Shown here: positions 26,698-40,844 of the stretch, piece by piece | How the letters are laid out: the number at the start of each line of letters is the position of its first letter | How positions within the stretch are numbered: the first letter of the stretch is position 1 | Source of the DNA: Eledone cirrhosa | Lineage: Eukaryota | DNA: 64,000 bases | Direction of reading: 5' to 3' | Assembly: GCA_964016885.1 (NCBI GenBank) | Contig: OZ024756.1 | Span: 39,618,001-39,682,000 of the forward strand | Notes under the pieces: generated by a model | The model's input: only the letters and a program-made list of their open reading frames with translations | What the model was told of the DNA's origin: nothing | Database searches by the model: none | Position numbers and translations under genes: made by a program

Positions 26698-28661
26698 TAT
26701 ACATACATATATACATATATATTGTTTCGGCGCTTAAAACAGAACATCGATCTGTAGTGCGCCCATGGCCTTTTATCCATCAAAAGGCCATGAGGGAAAG
26801 AAGTGATAGTGAAGAGAGAGGAAGAAGAAAAAAAGGAAAAGAGGAAAAAACGAAGTAAACATACCGATATAAGTTGGGACACAGGACAATGGCACATGTA
26901 TGTAAATTAACCGAAGAGAAAGTGGAATAAGTTATATATATCTAAACTATAATAAAGTAAGGAGTGCGGGACTGCGTCTAGAATATATTTTTTATCCCAT
27001 TAGTAAAATAAGTTGGATTACTTTGAATAAATAATGAATGATTATTACATAATTTATCTACTAAATTTCGTGACAGTTCATTAAATATATTTTATTACTT
27101 ATTTAAAGATTCCCTTCTTTAAAATTTTCAAATGTCAACACTTCCGGTTAGCGATCGCTTAAATAAACATTCATATATTTCCGTCACTAATTTTCTCCTA
27201 GTTTATATATAATATCGTCTTTTTTTAATGTATCATGGATTACGTTATTGATTACATAAGACAGTGTAACGCAGTCTTCGTTCGATTTCTGTGTATATTG
27301 TCAATTACGATTTTATTTGATGTATCATATCATCATATCTACATACTTGCGTATAATATCAATATGCACACTACACAGGCCAGCAGAAAACCATCGAGGA
27401 GGGGGTGGGGTTCTGCTAGTATATATAAAGAAGAAGAAGAAAATATGGAGAATGAGATTCGTATCTTCTCTAACATAAAAATCGACGAAATTGAAGTGAA
27501 ATTGTTCGAAATGGAATTTAAAGTCACTTTGCAGTTTTTTATTGCCAGAAGTTTACCGCTTCCACAAAATCTCTTCCTGATCGAACTTTGTAATTAAACG
27601 TGATGATTGGCTGCCATGTGACAGAGAGGGATTAAATGTTATTTCCCTTATCGATCTAAGTTTAAATATGGCCGAAGTCAAATTTAACGTTCATCTTTCT
27701 GGGTTTTAAAAAATAATTACCAGTACGGAGGCCAGCATAATTGAATTTAGCTTCCAGAAATATTTGAGTTGTGGTACTAATGCCAGAAATCAATACTTTT
27801 AAAGGAATTACATCTAAAATGATTCTTTATCCTGTCCAATCTTTAAAAAAGCTATTAAACCATGCACAATGTATTTATCATGCGTAAGATTTCCAGAAGT
27901 AGTCATCTCCGCTCGGTCAAGAGTGATTTTTCAGTTTTCCGAAGAATGTCATTTTCTTTTTCATATTCCTACAAATTTTTGTTCAAAAACCTTTTTTTTT
28001 TTTCTTTTTTTTTATTACTGAAACTCAGTTCTTTACAAACAGTTAATAGCCACAATGTTTAACTTCTTTGCAAATTTCCTTTCCTTCAAGGGCAATCGTA
28101 ATGGTATCTTTTAGATCATTTATTTTAACTAACATTAGTTGATTTCCCGGAGGATTTTTTTCATTTTCTTTTCATATTACAAATTTTTCTAATTGCCAAA
28201 AAAGTTAGCAGACAGTTAAAACGGTTTTCTTTTGTCTTCAGCTATTATTCAATTATTATGGCAGTTTTGTTTCAAATTATGCAATTTTAGAAAATGAAAG
28301 AATAGATATATGAGTCACTGAGGCAAAGATAAAGCAAACTTGAGGTTTGTAGTTCGTATATAACAACAGCAGTCTGTTCACTATCAACATAACTTAACTG
28401 TTAAATACTATAACCAAACTACTTAAGCTAGAAACATTTCGTCAACGCCAAATACACGATTAAAAGATACATTAACACATAACATTCATTCAAAATACCT
28501 GCATTAATTATATACACAAACACGTGAAAACAGCAATACAAATACATATTTAATTGAATACACAGAACATCTCAAAGGTATGAAGGTACTTATAAAATCT
28601 CCTACTCATATGTGCCAACTACAAAAATACGCGGCTACTTAAAAGCACGAAGATAGAAATG

Positions 28662-28718
<57 letters not shown>

Positions 28719-29389
28719 TGGAAAGTGTGTGTAATCCTTGGTACAGTTAGGTATATTAAGACAGGGGGGAAGAAAAAATGGCTTCACTTGTGCTTTCAAC
28801 AAATTTATTTTCTTCACAAAATCCAAAAAAAATTTTTCTTAAAAAAATTATTTTATAAATTAAGTTGTTGGTTGTTGGTTAGGTCTTAGGAGTTCTTGGT
28901 TAACGTAGGAGGTATTGTTTCGTTTTTAGAAAGACCTTTCACGCTGAGGTGCGCTTGTCAAACTGATGTGTATGTGGTGTGTTGTTCTATATATAGGGAT
29001 TTAACATGTCTGTGGTGTGGTGGGGGTTTCTTTTCTCCCCCTTTAATAAGTGCATGGGTGGAGGTGTGTTGAAAAAATGTTCATAGCAGTAATGAGTTGA
29101 GACGGTGAGTAGGGTTGGGTGGGGAGACCATTCTCAACACAAAAGCGATACTAAAAGCTTTTTCCCCTGAATAAAGGAATTTTTCGAGAATGACCGGGGC
29201 AGGCCACACTTGCTACATTTCTCCCCACCCATTTCTCCCCACACTTCAAAAATTTTAAACGATATATAGAGATATATCAATTGAGAAAATAATCAGGCTT
29301 ATATATATGTAAAGGGAGAGAGGGGGGGGGAGAAAGAGGAAGAGCGTAAAAGAAGGAGAGAGTGAGAGAGAGAGAGCGAGCGTGAGAGA

Positions 29390-29471
<82 letters not shown>

Positions 29472-29823
29472 TGATGTAATTTGTCTATTGATGAAGACTC
29501 AGTGAATCATAGAGGCGTCAGTGAAAGTTGTACTGGACCGGAACGATTGAGTTTCAAAATAGCTTTCCATTTGGTTGAAGAGACAATTGGAATGTTAAGC
29601 AGGAATAGCTTTAGGTGTAGAGGGAACGATTGCATTAAGAAATACGTACGTTTGAAGCTAGCAATGTATTTAGATATAACATATATGCATGTATATGTGT
29701 GTATGTTTTAGTGTGTGCAGTTTGGAATATTGGAATATATACGTACGTATACATATATACTGTATATATATATATATTTATAACCAGTTCTCTTCAAATA
29801 TCATGCCAATATACGTATGTATG

Positions 29824-29890
<67 letters not shown>

Positions 29891-30469
29891 TGTCCCCAAT
29901 TGCATACACTAAGACATCATCCCCTCCTCTATATCAATTAACACCAAACTCTCCCCCCACTGTATATCCACTACATGGAACTCTTTTCCGATACCCCTCT
30001 CTATATCTAATATACAACACCCCTCCCTACATATATATGTGTGTATGTATATACACATTTACCCACAACTATATATATATATATATTTATAAATCGGTTA
30101 CATACATACATGATGGCTGCCCCCTCGTTATCGAGTATGGCCATTGCACGATATAACATTATTAATAATTATTAATTAATTCTATCGCGCAATGCCTCTG
30201 CATGAAGATTTCTTTTTAAAGTGAGGAAAGACTGTGCACTGAGCCAATCCCACTCTCTGAGCGACAGTAGCTATACATACATATGGCCGGTCAAAATTAA
30301 ACATAAATTAAGAGAGATAACATACCTACACCACTATATATGGGCCATATTGATATATATACACTAGTGTATATATATCTATACAATATTGGCTACACAT
30401 ACATACTACACTGGTGTATATATATATATATATATATACATACAATATTGGGTACACAGACATACACTA

Positions 30470-30521
<52 letters not shown>

Positions 30522-30544
30522 TAGTGTATGTCTGTGTAGCCAAT

Positions 30545-30611
<67 letters not shown>

Positions 30612-31166
30612 CAATGTAGTATGTCTGTGTAGCCAATATTGTATGTATATACAATATTGGCTACACAGACATACACTAGTATATATGTATATATATATAT
30701 ATAGTGTATATATATATATACATATATATATATACATACAACAACAACGACGGTAACAATGAATCTAAAATTTTATGTTTGAAACTAACAATGCTACAAG
30801 TTAACATATGTGTGAGTTTGAATATGTAAGTAGACTTGCCTATAATTTTATGTATAAACATGCATGCTGAAATAAATTTAAATGTAAGGATAACTAAATG
30901 TGAACATTTGGTGCCGCAATCTCCATTACCAGCACACCACCACAAACTACCAGCATAACACCATCTCCAGTACCAGCACACCACCACAGCTTTTTACTTG
31001 TGTTCGCTATTGTCCAGTCTTCTCCACACATACACAATATTTGCCATTATGTCTGTCTACCTCAATATATTCACAATGTGGGCGGCGGCTGGGCGGCGCC
31101 TGGGCGGCAGCTGGGTGAGGGCTGGGTGGTGCTATATATTCACTCAACCTCTCTGTTTGGTATACT

Positions 31167-31205
<39 letters not shown>

Positions 31206-31247
31206 AACAACAACAACAACAAACACCAGACAAATATCATTTTGGTT

Positions 31248-31426
31248 AATAATAATAATTGTTTCTACTTTTGGCACAAGGCCAGCAATTACCTCAGTGT
31301 ATTACTGGTACTTTATTTATCGACCCCGTAAGGATGAAAGGCAAAGTTAACCTCAACGGGAATTGAACTCAGAACGTAAAGCGCCATAACTCTATGCTGC
31401 AAAGCATGGTGTCTGACGCTCTACCG
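31248..31426 (-). mobile_element. SINE family S1
   Basis: Same motifs as 268-458. Confidence 0.85.
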
Positions 31427-31473
31427 AATAATTATTATCAATATTATTAGCCAAAAGGATATTTTGGTTAATA

Positions 31474-31710
31474 GGGCAGTGCATTGGCAGTATCGGTAGA
31501 GAGTCAGACACCATGCTTTGCCGTATAGAGTTACGGCCCTTTACGATCTGAGTTCAAATCCAGCCGAGGTTAGCTTTGCCTTTCATCTTTACAGGGTCGA
31601 TAAAATAAAGTACCAGTCACGCACTAGGGTCGATTACATCGACTTTCCCCTTCCCCAAAATAGTTGGCCTGTTGCTTAAATCTGCCTAAATCAGAAACCA
31701 TTATTATTAT
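31474..31710 (+). mobile_element. SINE family S1 (long-tail variant)
   Basis: TGGCAGTATCGGTAGAG...GAGTTCAAATCC...GCCTTTCATC...GTCGATAAAATAAAGTACC. Confidence 0.85.
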
Positions 31711-31961
31711 AGTTTGAAACTACTTTTGAGTCCAATGATATTCTATAATAATGTATATATACCATAGAAAACTATTGAAAAACTGATGCAGTTTTTACAG
31801 AAGAATGAAATTAATGACAAAAATTGAGCTGGACAGAACAGAAATGTATGGCGGAAAGATAGTGTTGGCTTTGAGAACCTTGAACAAACGTTAGAGGAAG
31901 GTGGTGGGGGGTTTCGATACTAATCTCATATATCAAAGTTTCAAGACACACAACACACACA

Positions 31962-32002
<41 letters not shown>

Positions 32003-32089
32003 AAATAGTAGAAAGCAAAAAAAATTTTTCTGTAGAAAATGATGAAGAGGTTTTTTTTTAGTGAAATATATATATATACATATACACAA

Positions 32090-32123
<34 letters not shown>

Positions 32124-32220
32124 CTGTACGAGTTTCTGCATATTTTGTCTTTTCCTGTTTTTACACAGTTCGTTTTGTTTACATTGTCTGTTCGCTCGTT
32201 TTCATTCTGTCGATTTTACC

Positions 32221-32281
<61 letters not shown>

Positions 32282-32518
32282 ATATATATACATATATATG
32301 TATATATATATATGTGTGTGAGTATGTATGTGTGTACATATATATATATATGTATATGTATAGATATAGATATATTTATATATATACATATATACATATT
32401 TATATATATATATATATATAAATATAAAGATATATATATATATAAAGATATATATATATATATAAATATAAATAAAGATATATATATACATACATATATA
32501 TATATATATGCATATATA

Positions 32519-32603
<85 letters not shown>

Positions 32604-32821
32604 GTATAGATATATACATATTTATATATATACATATATATATACATATATACATATTTATATATATATATATAAATATAAAGATATATATATATAAAGA
32701 TATATATATATATAAATATAAATAAAGATATATATATATATACATATATACATACATACATATATACATACATACATATATACATACATATATACATATA
32801 TTTTACTATTATTACTATTAT

Positions 32822-32897
<76 letters not shown>

Positions 32898-33099
32898 CTA
32901 TTATATAAAGAGGAGATTGCAATGGAAGAAAAAGAGAGAGAGGGAAAGAGAGAGAGAGAGGAAGGTAGAGGAAGAGCCAAGTAAACAGTTGACATTGAAT
33001 ATATGGCTTCTGGTGTCAACAGGAATATGTCCAGTACACGGACCACTGAAGCGTGTTGCGGCTTTCAAAATTATGTTGGATGCAGAAACTTAATAGTCT

Positions 33100-33560
33100 T
33101 ATATTGTATATATATCGTATATATTGTATATATACATTGTACATATATATATTGTATATATTGTATATATATCGTATATATTGTATATATACATTGTACA
33201 TATATATATTGTATATATTGTATATATATCGTATATATTGTATATATACATTGTACATATATATATTGTATATATAACGTATATATTGTATATATACATT
33301 GTACATATATATATTGTATATATTGTATATATATCGTATATATTGTATATATACATTGTACATATATATATAGTGTATATATTGTATATATATCGTATAT
33401 ATTATATATATACATTGTACATATATATATAGTGTATATATTGTATATATATCGTATATATTATATATATACATTGTACATATATATATTGTATAAATAT
33501 TGTATATATATATTGTATATATATATTGTATATATACCGTATTGTATATATATTGTATAG
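33100..33560. repeat. AT-rich minisatellite (about 57 bp)
   Basis: Repeats of atcgtatatattgtatatatacattgtacatatatatattgtatatattgtatatat. Confidence 0.85.
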
Positions 33561-33636
33561 GAGTGAAAGTGAAGATGAGAAGGTCATTGAGGAGAAAGAG
33601 AGGGAGAAAGAGAGAGGAATGAGTGAGACATAGGAG

Positions 33637-33639
<3 letters not shown>

Positions 33640-33703
<64 letters not shown>

Positions 33704-35190
33704 GAGACATACAGACAGGCAGACAGGCAGACAGACAGGCAAAGAGACAGACAGACAGACAGACAGGCAGATAGGCAGACATATAGACAGACAGACAGAC
33801 AGACAGGAAGACAGGAAGACAGAGAGAGAGACAGGAAGACAGGAAGACAGAGAGAGAGACAGGAAGACAGAGAGACAGACAGGAAGACAGGAAGACAGAG
33901 AGAGAGACAGGAAGACAGAGAGAGAGACAGGAAGACAGGAAGACAGAGAGAGAGACAGGAAGACAGAGAGAGAGACAGGAAGACAGGAAGACAGAGAGAG
34001 AGACAGGAAGACAGAGAGAGAGACAGGAAGACAGAGAGAGAGACAGGAAGACAGGAAGACAGAGAGAGAGACAGGAAGACAGAGAGACAGACAGGAAGAC
34101 AGGAAGACAGAGAGAGAGACAGGAAGACAGAGAGACAGACAGGAAGACAGGAAGACAGAGAGAGAGACAGGAAGACAGAGAGAGAGACAGGAAGACAGGA
34201 AGACAGGAAGACAGAGAGAGAGACAGGAAGACAGAGAGAGAGACAGGAAGACAGGAAGACAGAGAGAGAGACAGGAAGACAGAGAGACAGGAAGACAGGA
34301 AGACAGAGAGAGAGACAGGAAGACAGAGAGACAGAGAGAGAGACAGGAAGACAGAGAGACAGAGAGAGAGACAGGAAGACAGAGAGAGAGACAGGAAGAC
34401 AGGAAGACAGAGAGAGAGACAGGAAGACAGAGAGAGAGACAGGAAGACAGAGAGAGAGACAGGAAGACAGGAAGACAGAGAGAGAGACAGGAAGACAGAG
34501 AGAGAGACAGGAAGACAGGAAGACAGAGAGAGAGACAGGAAGACAGAGAGACAGGAAGACAGGAAGACAGAGAGAGAGACAGGAAGACAGAGAGACAGAG
34601 AGAGAGACAGGAAGACAGAGAGACAGAGAGAGAGACAGGAAGACAGAGAGAGAGACAGGAAGACAGGAAGACAGAGAGAGAGACAGGAAGACAGAGAGAC
34701 AGGAAGACAGGAAGACAGAGAGAGAGACAGGAAGACAGAGAGACAGAGAGAGAGACAGGAAGACAGAGAGACAGAGAGAGAGACAGGAAGACAGAGAGAG
34801 AGACAGGAAGACAGGAAGACAGAGAGAGAGACAGGAAGACAGAGAGACAGGAAGACAGGAAGACAGAGAGAGAGACAGGAAGACAGAGAGACAGAGAGAG
34901 AGACAGGAAGACAGAGAGAGAGACAGGAAGACAGGAAGACAGAGAGAGAGACAGGAAGACAGAGAGACAGGAAGACAGGAAGACAGAGAGAGAGACAGGA
35001 AGACAGAGAGACAGAGAGAGAGACAGGAAGACAGAGAGACAGAGAGAGAGACAGGAAGACAGAGAGAGAGACAGGAAGACAGGAAGACAGAGAGAGAGAC
35101 AGGAAGACAGAGAGACAGGAAGACAGGAAGACAGAGAGAGAGACAGGAAGACAGAGAGACAGAGAGAGAGACAGGAAGACAGAGAGACAG
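33640..35190. repeat. Purine-rich compound satellite built from ACAGGAAG and ACAG(AG)n blocks
   Basis: Direct inspection. It produces the spurious 531-813 aa ORFs. Confidence 0.9.
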
Positions 35191-35352
35191 AGGAAATTGC
35201 GCAATATCAAGCTGGTAACTATTGTTTTGTAAACTGTGTGATGTCTGATCAGGAAAAGACATCACATATAAAATATGGTATATGTGTATTATACAAGCGG
35301 AAACACTTAGAGAATGGTGAAAGGAGAAAGAGAGGGGCTGAAAGAGAGGGCC

Positions 35353-35436
<84 letters not shown>

Positions 35437-35437
<1 letters not shown>

Positions 35438-35630
35438 GGAAAATGTATGACCCCCAACGGCAGAGCTCAAGCCGTTTCGATGGCTATTTCTGGAGTCCAG
35501 AAATAGCCGTCGAAACGGCTTGAGCTCTGCCGTCGGGGTCATACTTTTTCCTATTTCTCACTCTACTACACTAAGTATTGAGTACTCTAGTGTGTTATGG
35601 TCCATCTGGTTCCTTACCACAATTCCTTTG

Positions 35631-35633
<3 letters not shown>
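35437..35633. mobile_element. Fold-back element family A (subfamily variant)
   Basis: Centred on ctggagtccag near 35495. The long arm ends at (TA)n and the short arm abuts (ATAG)n. Confidence 0.75.
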
Positions 35634-35673
<40 letters not shown>

Positions 35674-35710
35674 CCGTACTAAGAGTGAGAAATGAAATTT
35701 CATTTTTTCC

Positions 35711-35787
<77 letters not shown>

Positions 35788-35825
35788 TACATGTGTGTAG
35801 TGTAAAATTTCATTTTTTCCATTTT

Positions 35826-35862
<37 letters not shown>

Positions 35863-36564
35863 ACATACATGTGTGTAGTGTATTATATTGTATTGTGTGA
35901 GGTTTATCTTATTCACTATAGCGTCCATCTTCCATTAGCTTTCAGTTTCAATTCTTCCTGCGAGGAATACAAATGCATTGTTCTAGATTATTGTCAGAAC
36001 CGGGAAAGATAAGCTGCTCCTTTTTTCTAACAATTGACACCTTTCAATCGATCCTGGAATATAACTCTAGATTCTAGCTAAAAACAAAAAAAGGTTCCTA
36101 TAGTTATAATTATGCAGTGCATGGATGATTCTAGTTGATTTATTCCTTTTCCTTCATCCTTCCTCTGTCACCTCAAAGAATTATAAGTAGATATGAAATA
36201 CATAAAATTTAATACTATTGATATTATTGTCACCTCTAGTGATCTAAACATAGCCACACATGTGTGCAGATCGCAGGGAAAAACGAAAATATACAAACTA
36301 AAATCATTATCTATGAAACTCAGCTTCCCTATAAAATTTCCTGAAAATGTTGCCATTGAAAACATTTAGTAAATACTTCAGTGTTTGATCATTTATTGAT
36401 TGTGTGAGAAACAATCGACTTTGTATTGTAAAACATTAAAATAAAGTCGAATAGAGTGTGTGAAGTAGACTTCACACACTCTATTTTTACTCCTCTCTCT
36501 TTCTCTCTCTCTCTTTCTCACTGTCTCTCTATCTTCTCTCTCTCTCTCTCGCTCTCTCTCTCCC

Positions 36565-36606
<42 letters not shown>

Positions 36607-36745
36607 TATACATATATACACATGCATATATATATATATATATATACATGCACATACTCACATGCATTTATATATATACATACATACATATATATGATGA
36701 TGATCATGATCATGATGATGGATGATGATATATATATATATAATT

Positions 36746-36776
<31 letters not shown>

Positions 36777-37610
36777 AGTAAGTAGTTATATGTATCTCGG
36801 AGGAAGATACATCTATTTGTCTCCGTGTGTTACTTTCCCTTCATATATAAGTCTGTATATATATATATATAAGTCTGTGTGTTTCTGTTTGTATATATGT
36901 ATATATGTATATATACATATACATACATATATAAGTATTTTGATATCCTCCATTCTATATTATTATCCTCTCTATTTCGTGCTAAATGAGGAAACATATA
37001 TTTATTATATTATTCCATGGACAGTTCAATATTAATGATACCTTATATTACTTCACTGTACAATAATAATTTAAACAACACTAAACCATCGCCTGAATGG
37101 AGCAACGAAGCCGCCTCTAGACTGTTGCTTTATGTGATGGGAATAACAGTTAAAGGTAACCCTATGAAGCTCTAATATATGTTTTGAAATGATCCATTGA
37201 ATAATGGAGTCGATTATTTGGAAAGTAAATACGATTTGAACACAGGAGATTTTGGCTTATAGGTCTGTTATAAGGTGGCTAAAGAATTATAACAAAACCC
37301 ACCAAGATAACTCCGCAGTCACAAAATATTTACACAAACAGGTCACAGCAGAGTTACCTCTATCGGTGCTGGAATGAGGCCTTGTGATAGATAAGTTAGG
37401 AATCCCCTTTATTAAGCCCTGAAGGAGATTAAAAAATGTTTGGCGGGAAGATGGAGCGTCCCATTCCCTGGCCAACGGGGTCCTATGCTTAAGCACACCT
37501 AAACACAATGGTAAATCCGGGACTGACCACTATATTTAAACATGAGACACGCCACAGTTACCACAGAAACCACAGTTACCACAGTTACCACAGAAACTAT
37601 AAGATCCTGC

Positions 37611-37770
37611 TTTAAATGTATGAACCTAAAAATAACCTTCGAATATAATTATAAGGTAGCTAGTTTCCTAGATGTTACCCTAGAATCTATGAATCTTCCC
37701 ATAAAGATAACGAATATCTAACACATATTACACATATTAATCGATATTCTAAGCACCCTAGATCCATAAT
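37611..37770 (+). pseudogene. Penelope-like RT/thumb remnant, paralog of 11313-11695
   Basis: FKCMNLKITFEYNYKVASFLDV... The DNA is nearly identical to 11570-11695 and ends at the same point before (TA)n. Confidence 0.65.
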
Positions 37771-37771
37771 G

Positions 37772-37819
<48 letters not shown>

Positions 37820-37822
<3 letters not shown>

Positions 37823-37957
37823 AGAATTAGCCGTCGAAACAGCTTGAGCTCAGTCGTCGGGGTCCTACTCGTTCCTATTACCCACTCTACTACCCTAAGT
37901 ATTGAGTACTTTGGTGCGTTATGGTCCATCTGGTTCCTTACCACATTTCCTTCGTTA
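37820..37957 (+). mobile_element. Family A single arm
   Basis: tccagaattagccgtcgaaac...ccacatttccttcgtta between (TA)n tracts. Confidence 0.8.
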
Positions 37958-37961
37958 TTAC

Positions 37962-37994
<33 letters not shown>

Positions 37995-38110
37995 ATATTT
38001 ATTTATATATATATATATATATAGTAATAATAATAAATATGAAGACTAAAATGCAAAGAGGGATCGATAAGGATAAATATATATCAAATATATAAGAACG
38101 ATACAGCAAA

Positions 38111-38246
38111 TATTTATTAAAATAACAGATTAAAGTTTAAGCAAAGAATTGCTGCTTTCACCCTTAACGGGATCTTCTCAGTTTTAGAAGATCCCGTTAA
38201 GGGTGAAAGCATCAATTCTTTGCTTAAACTTTAATCTGTTATTTTA

Positions 38247-38253
<7 letters not shown>
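38111..38253. mobile_element. Fold-back element family D (variant HHR)
   Basis: Arms of about 68 bp centred near 38182. guuu-UAGAAGA-uCCC guuaa GGGu-GAAA-GCA..UGC-UU-aaac. It recurs at about 62063, with a stub at about 10692. Confidence 0.7.
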
Positions 38254-38901
<648 letters not shown>

Positions 38902-39290
38902 ATATTATTATTATTAAACATACTCTAGAAAAATCTGTTGAGTGCTTCTAATATGTTATAAATAAACTTTGTTGAATAATCAACAAAACAAATAACTCAT
39001 TCTTTATATATAAATATATATATACTCTCAAAAGTGGAGAATGTGGTAGAATTGGTAGATTTAATCTTTGAGAGTGATATCCCGGCGTCCCGCTGCAACC
39101 CTATCACTAAATCCAGTAAGAGAATATAAATAATCTATTTATGTGTTCTGACGTAGGCATTTATCCAGACATTTCTATAAAGAAGATGATAATTGAATTG
39201 ATCAACTTAAGTATACAGCTGCTTCTTCAATGAATCGAGTTCCGGAAAGCTGAAAAGCGAATTTGACATGGGCGTGAGCTGAACAAACAA

Positions 39291-39791
39291 CCTCCCTACA
39301 CTACACAACGTACTTTATACGACAAAGAACCTCCATACACTACACAACGTACTTTATACGACAAAGAACCTCCCTACACTACACAACGTACTTTATACGA
39401 CAAAGAACCTCCCTACACTACACAACGTACTTTATACGACAAAGAACCTCCCTACACTACACAACGTACTTTATACGACAAAGAACCTCCATACACTACA
39501 CAACGTACTTTATACGACAAAGAACCTCCATACACTACACAACGTACTTTATACGACAAAGAACCTCCATACACTACACAACGTACTTTATACGACAAAG
39601 AACCTCCATACACTACACAACGTACTTTATACGACAAAGAACCTCCATACACTACACAACGTACTTTATACGACAAAGAACCTCCATACACTACACAACG
39701 TACTTTATACGACAAAGAACCTCCCTACACTACACAACGTACTTTATACGACAAAGAACCTCCATACACTACACAACGTACTTTATACGAC
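39291..39791. repeat. 39-bp minisatellite, about 13 copies
   Basis: Unit acaaagaacctccMtacactacacaacgtactttatacg. Confidence 0.95.
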
Positions 39792-39846
39792 GTTTTACCG
39801 ACATTGTACGAATTGTTTTTTACGCACTTTTATTCTATAGTAGTAT

Positions 39847-39992
39847 GAAGAAGAAGAAGAAGAAGAAGAAGAAGAAGAAGAAGAAGAAGAAGAAGAAGAA
39901 GAAGAAGAAGAAGAAGAAGAAGAAGAAGAAGAAGAAGAAGAAGAAGAAGAAGAAGAAGAAGATGATGATGATGATGATTATGATGATGATGA
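39847..39992. repeat. (GAA)n followed by (GAT)n microsatellite
   Basis: Direct inspection. Confidence 0.95.
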
Positions 39993-40844
39993 AGACCACA
40001 AAAGGAACTAAGAATATCCTCCTGAAAAAAAAATGGAGGTTTAATGAACAATAGAAGATTTTTATAATAACATCTGTTTGTTCCCAGATGAGTTTCAAAA
40101 TGTCTTTCATTCGGCAGACATTTTGTAGTTGTTTGTTTGTTTGTTTTTTGTATTTTTGTTTCGTTTGTTTGTTTTTTCTTTCTTTTTTTTTATTATTTCT
40201 TTTCATTCTTTCACACTGAATTATATTAGATATAGTAAAACAATGGAGAGTTTAATAAATTATGATATTTAACCATATCTCCTTTCTTTATAACCATTTC
40301 ACACCTCACAATAATCATCACGGGACCGTCCACAAGAATTAACACCACCACTACCACCACAACTACTACCACTACTACCATGGTTACTACGACAACCACC
40401 ACAACCACCACAACTACCACCACCATCATCACCACAATCACAACCACAACCACTAATATCACCAACACCACCATCACAACCACTATCACCACTACCACCA
40501 CCGTCACCACCGCCACAACAACATCAACATCAAGAACAACACTATGATCATCATCAGCCATCAACCTCCACCAACAATAATACGAAAACCATGATCATCA
40601 CCACCAACAACAACACAATACCCACCACCACCACCACCACCATGACTACCACTACCAACTACTCCATCCCACCGCCAACACCATAATCACCACCACCATT
40701 AACGATCATCATCATCGTCATCATCATCATCATCATCAACAACAGATATCATCAACAACAACAACAAAAACAAAAGCTATATTTTTAATAGCCTCGTCTT
40801 TGGTGTTAATATTTTATTGCGTTGCTTTACAATTAATTCTTATA

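Noticed and set aside
33016-35457. 531-813 aa ORFs
   Set aside because: They come from a stop-free satellite.
39291-39791. CRISPR-like periodicity
   Set aside because: The units are contiguous with no unique spacers, there are no cas genes, and the context is eukaryotic.
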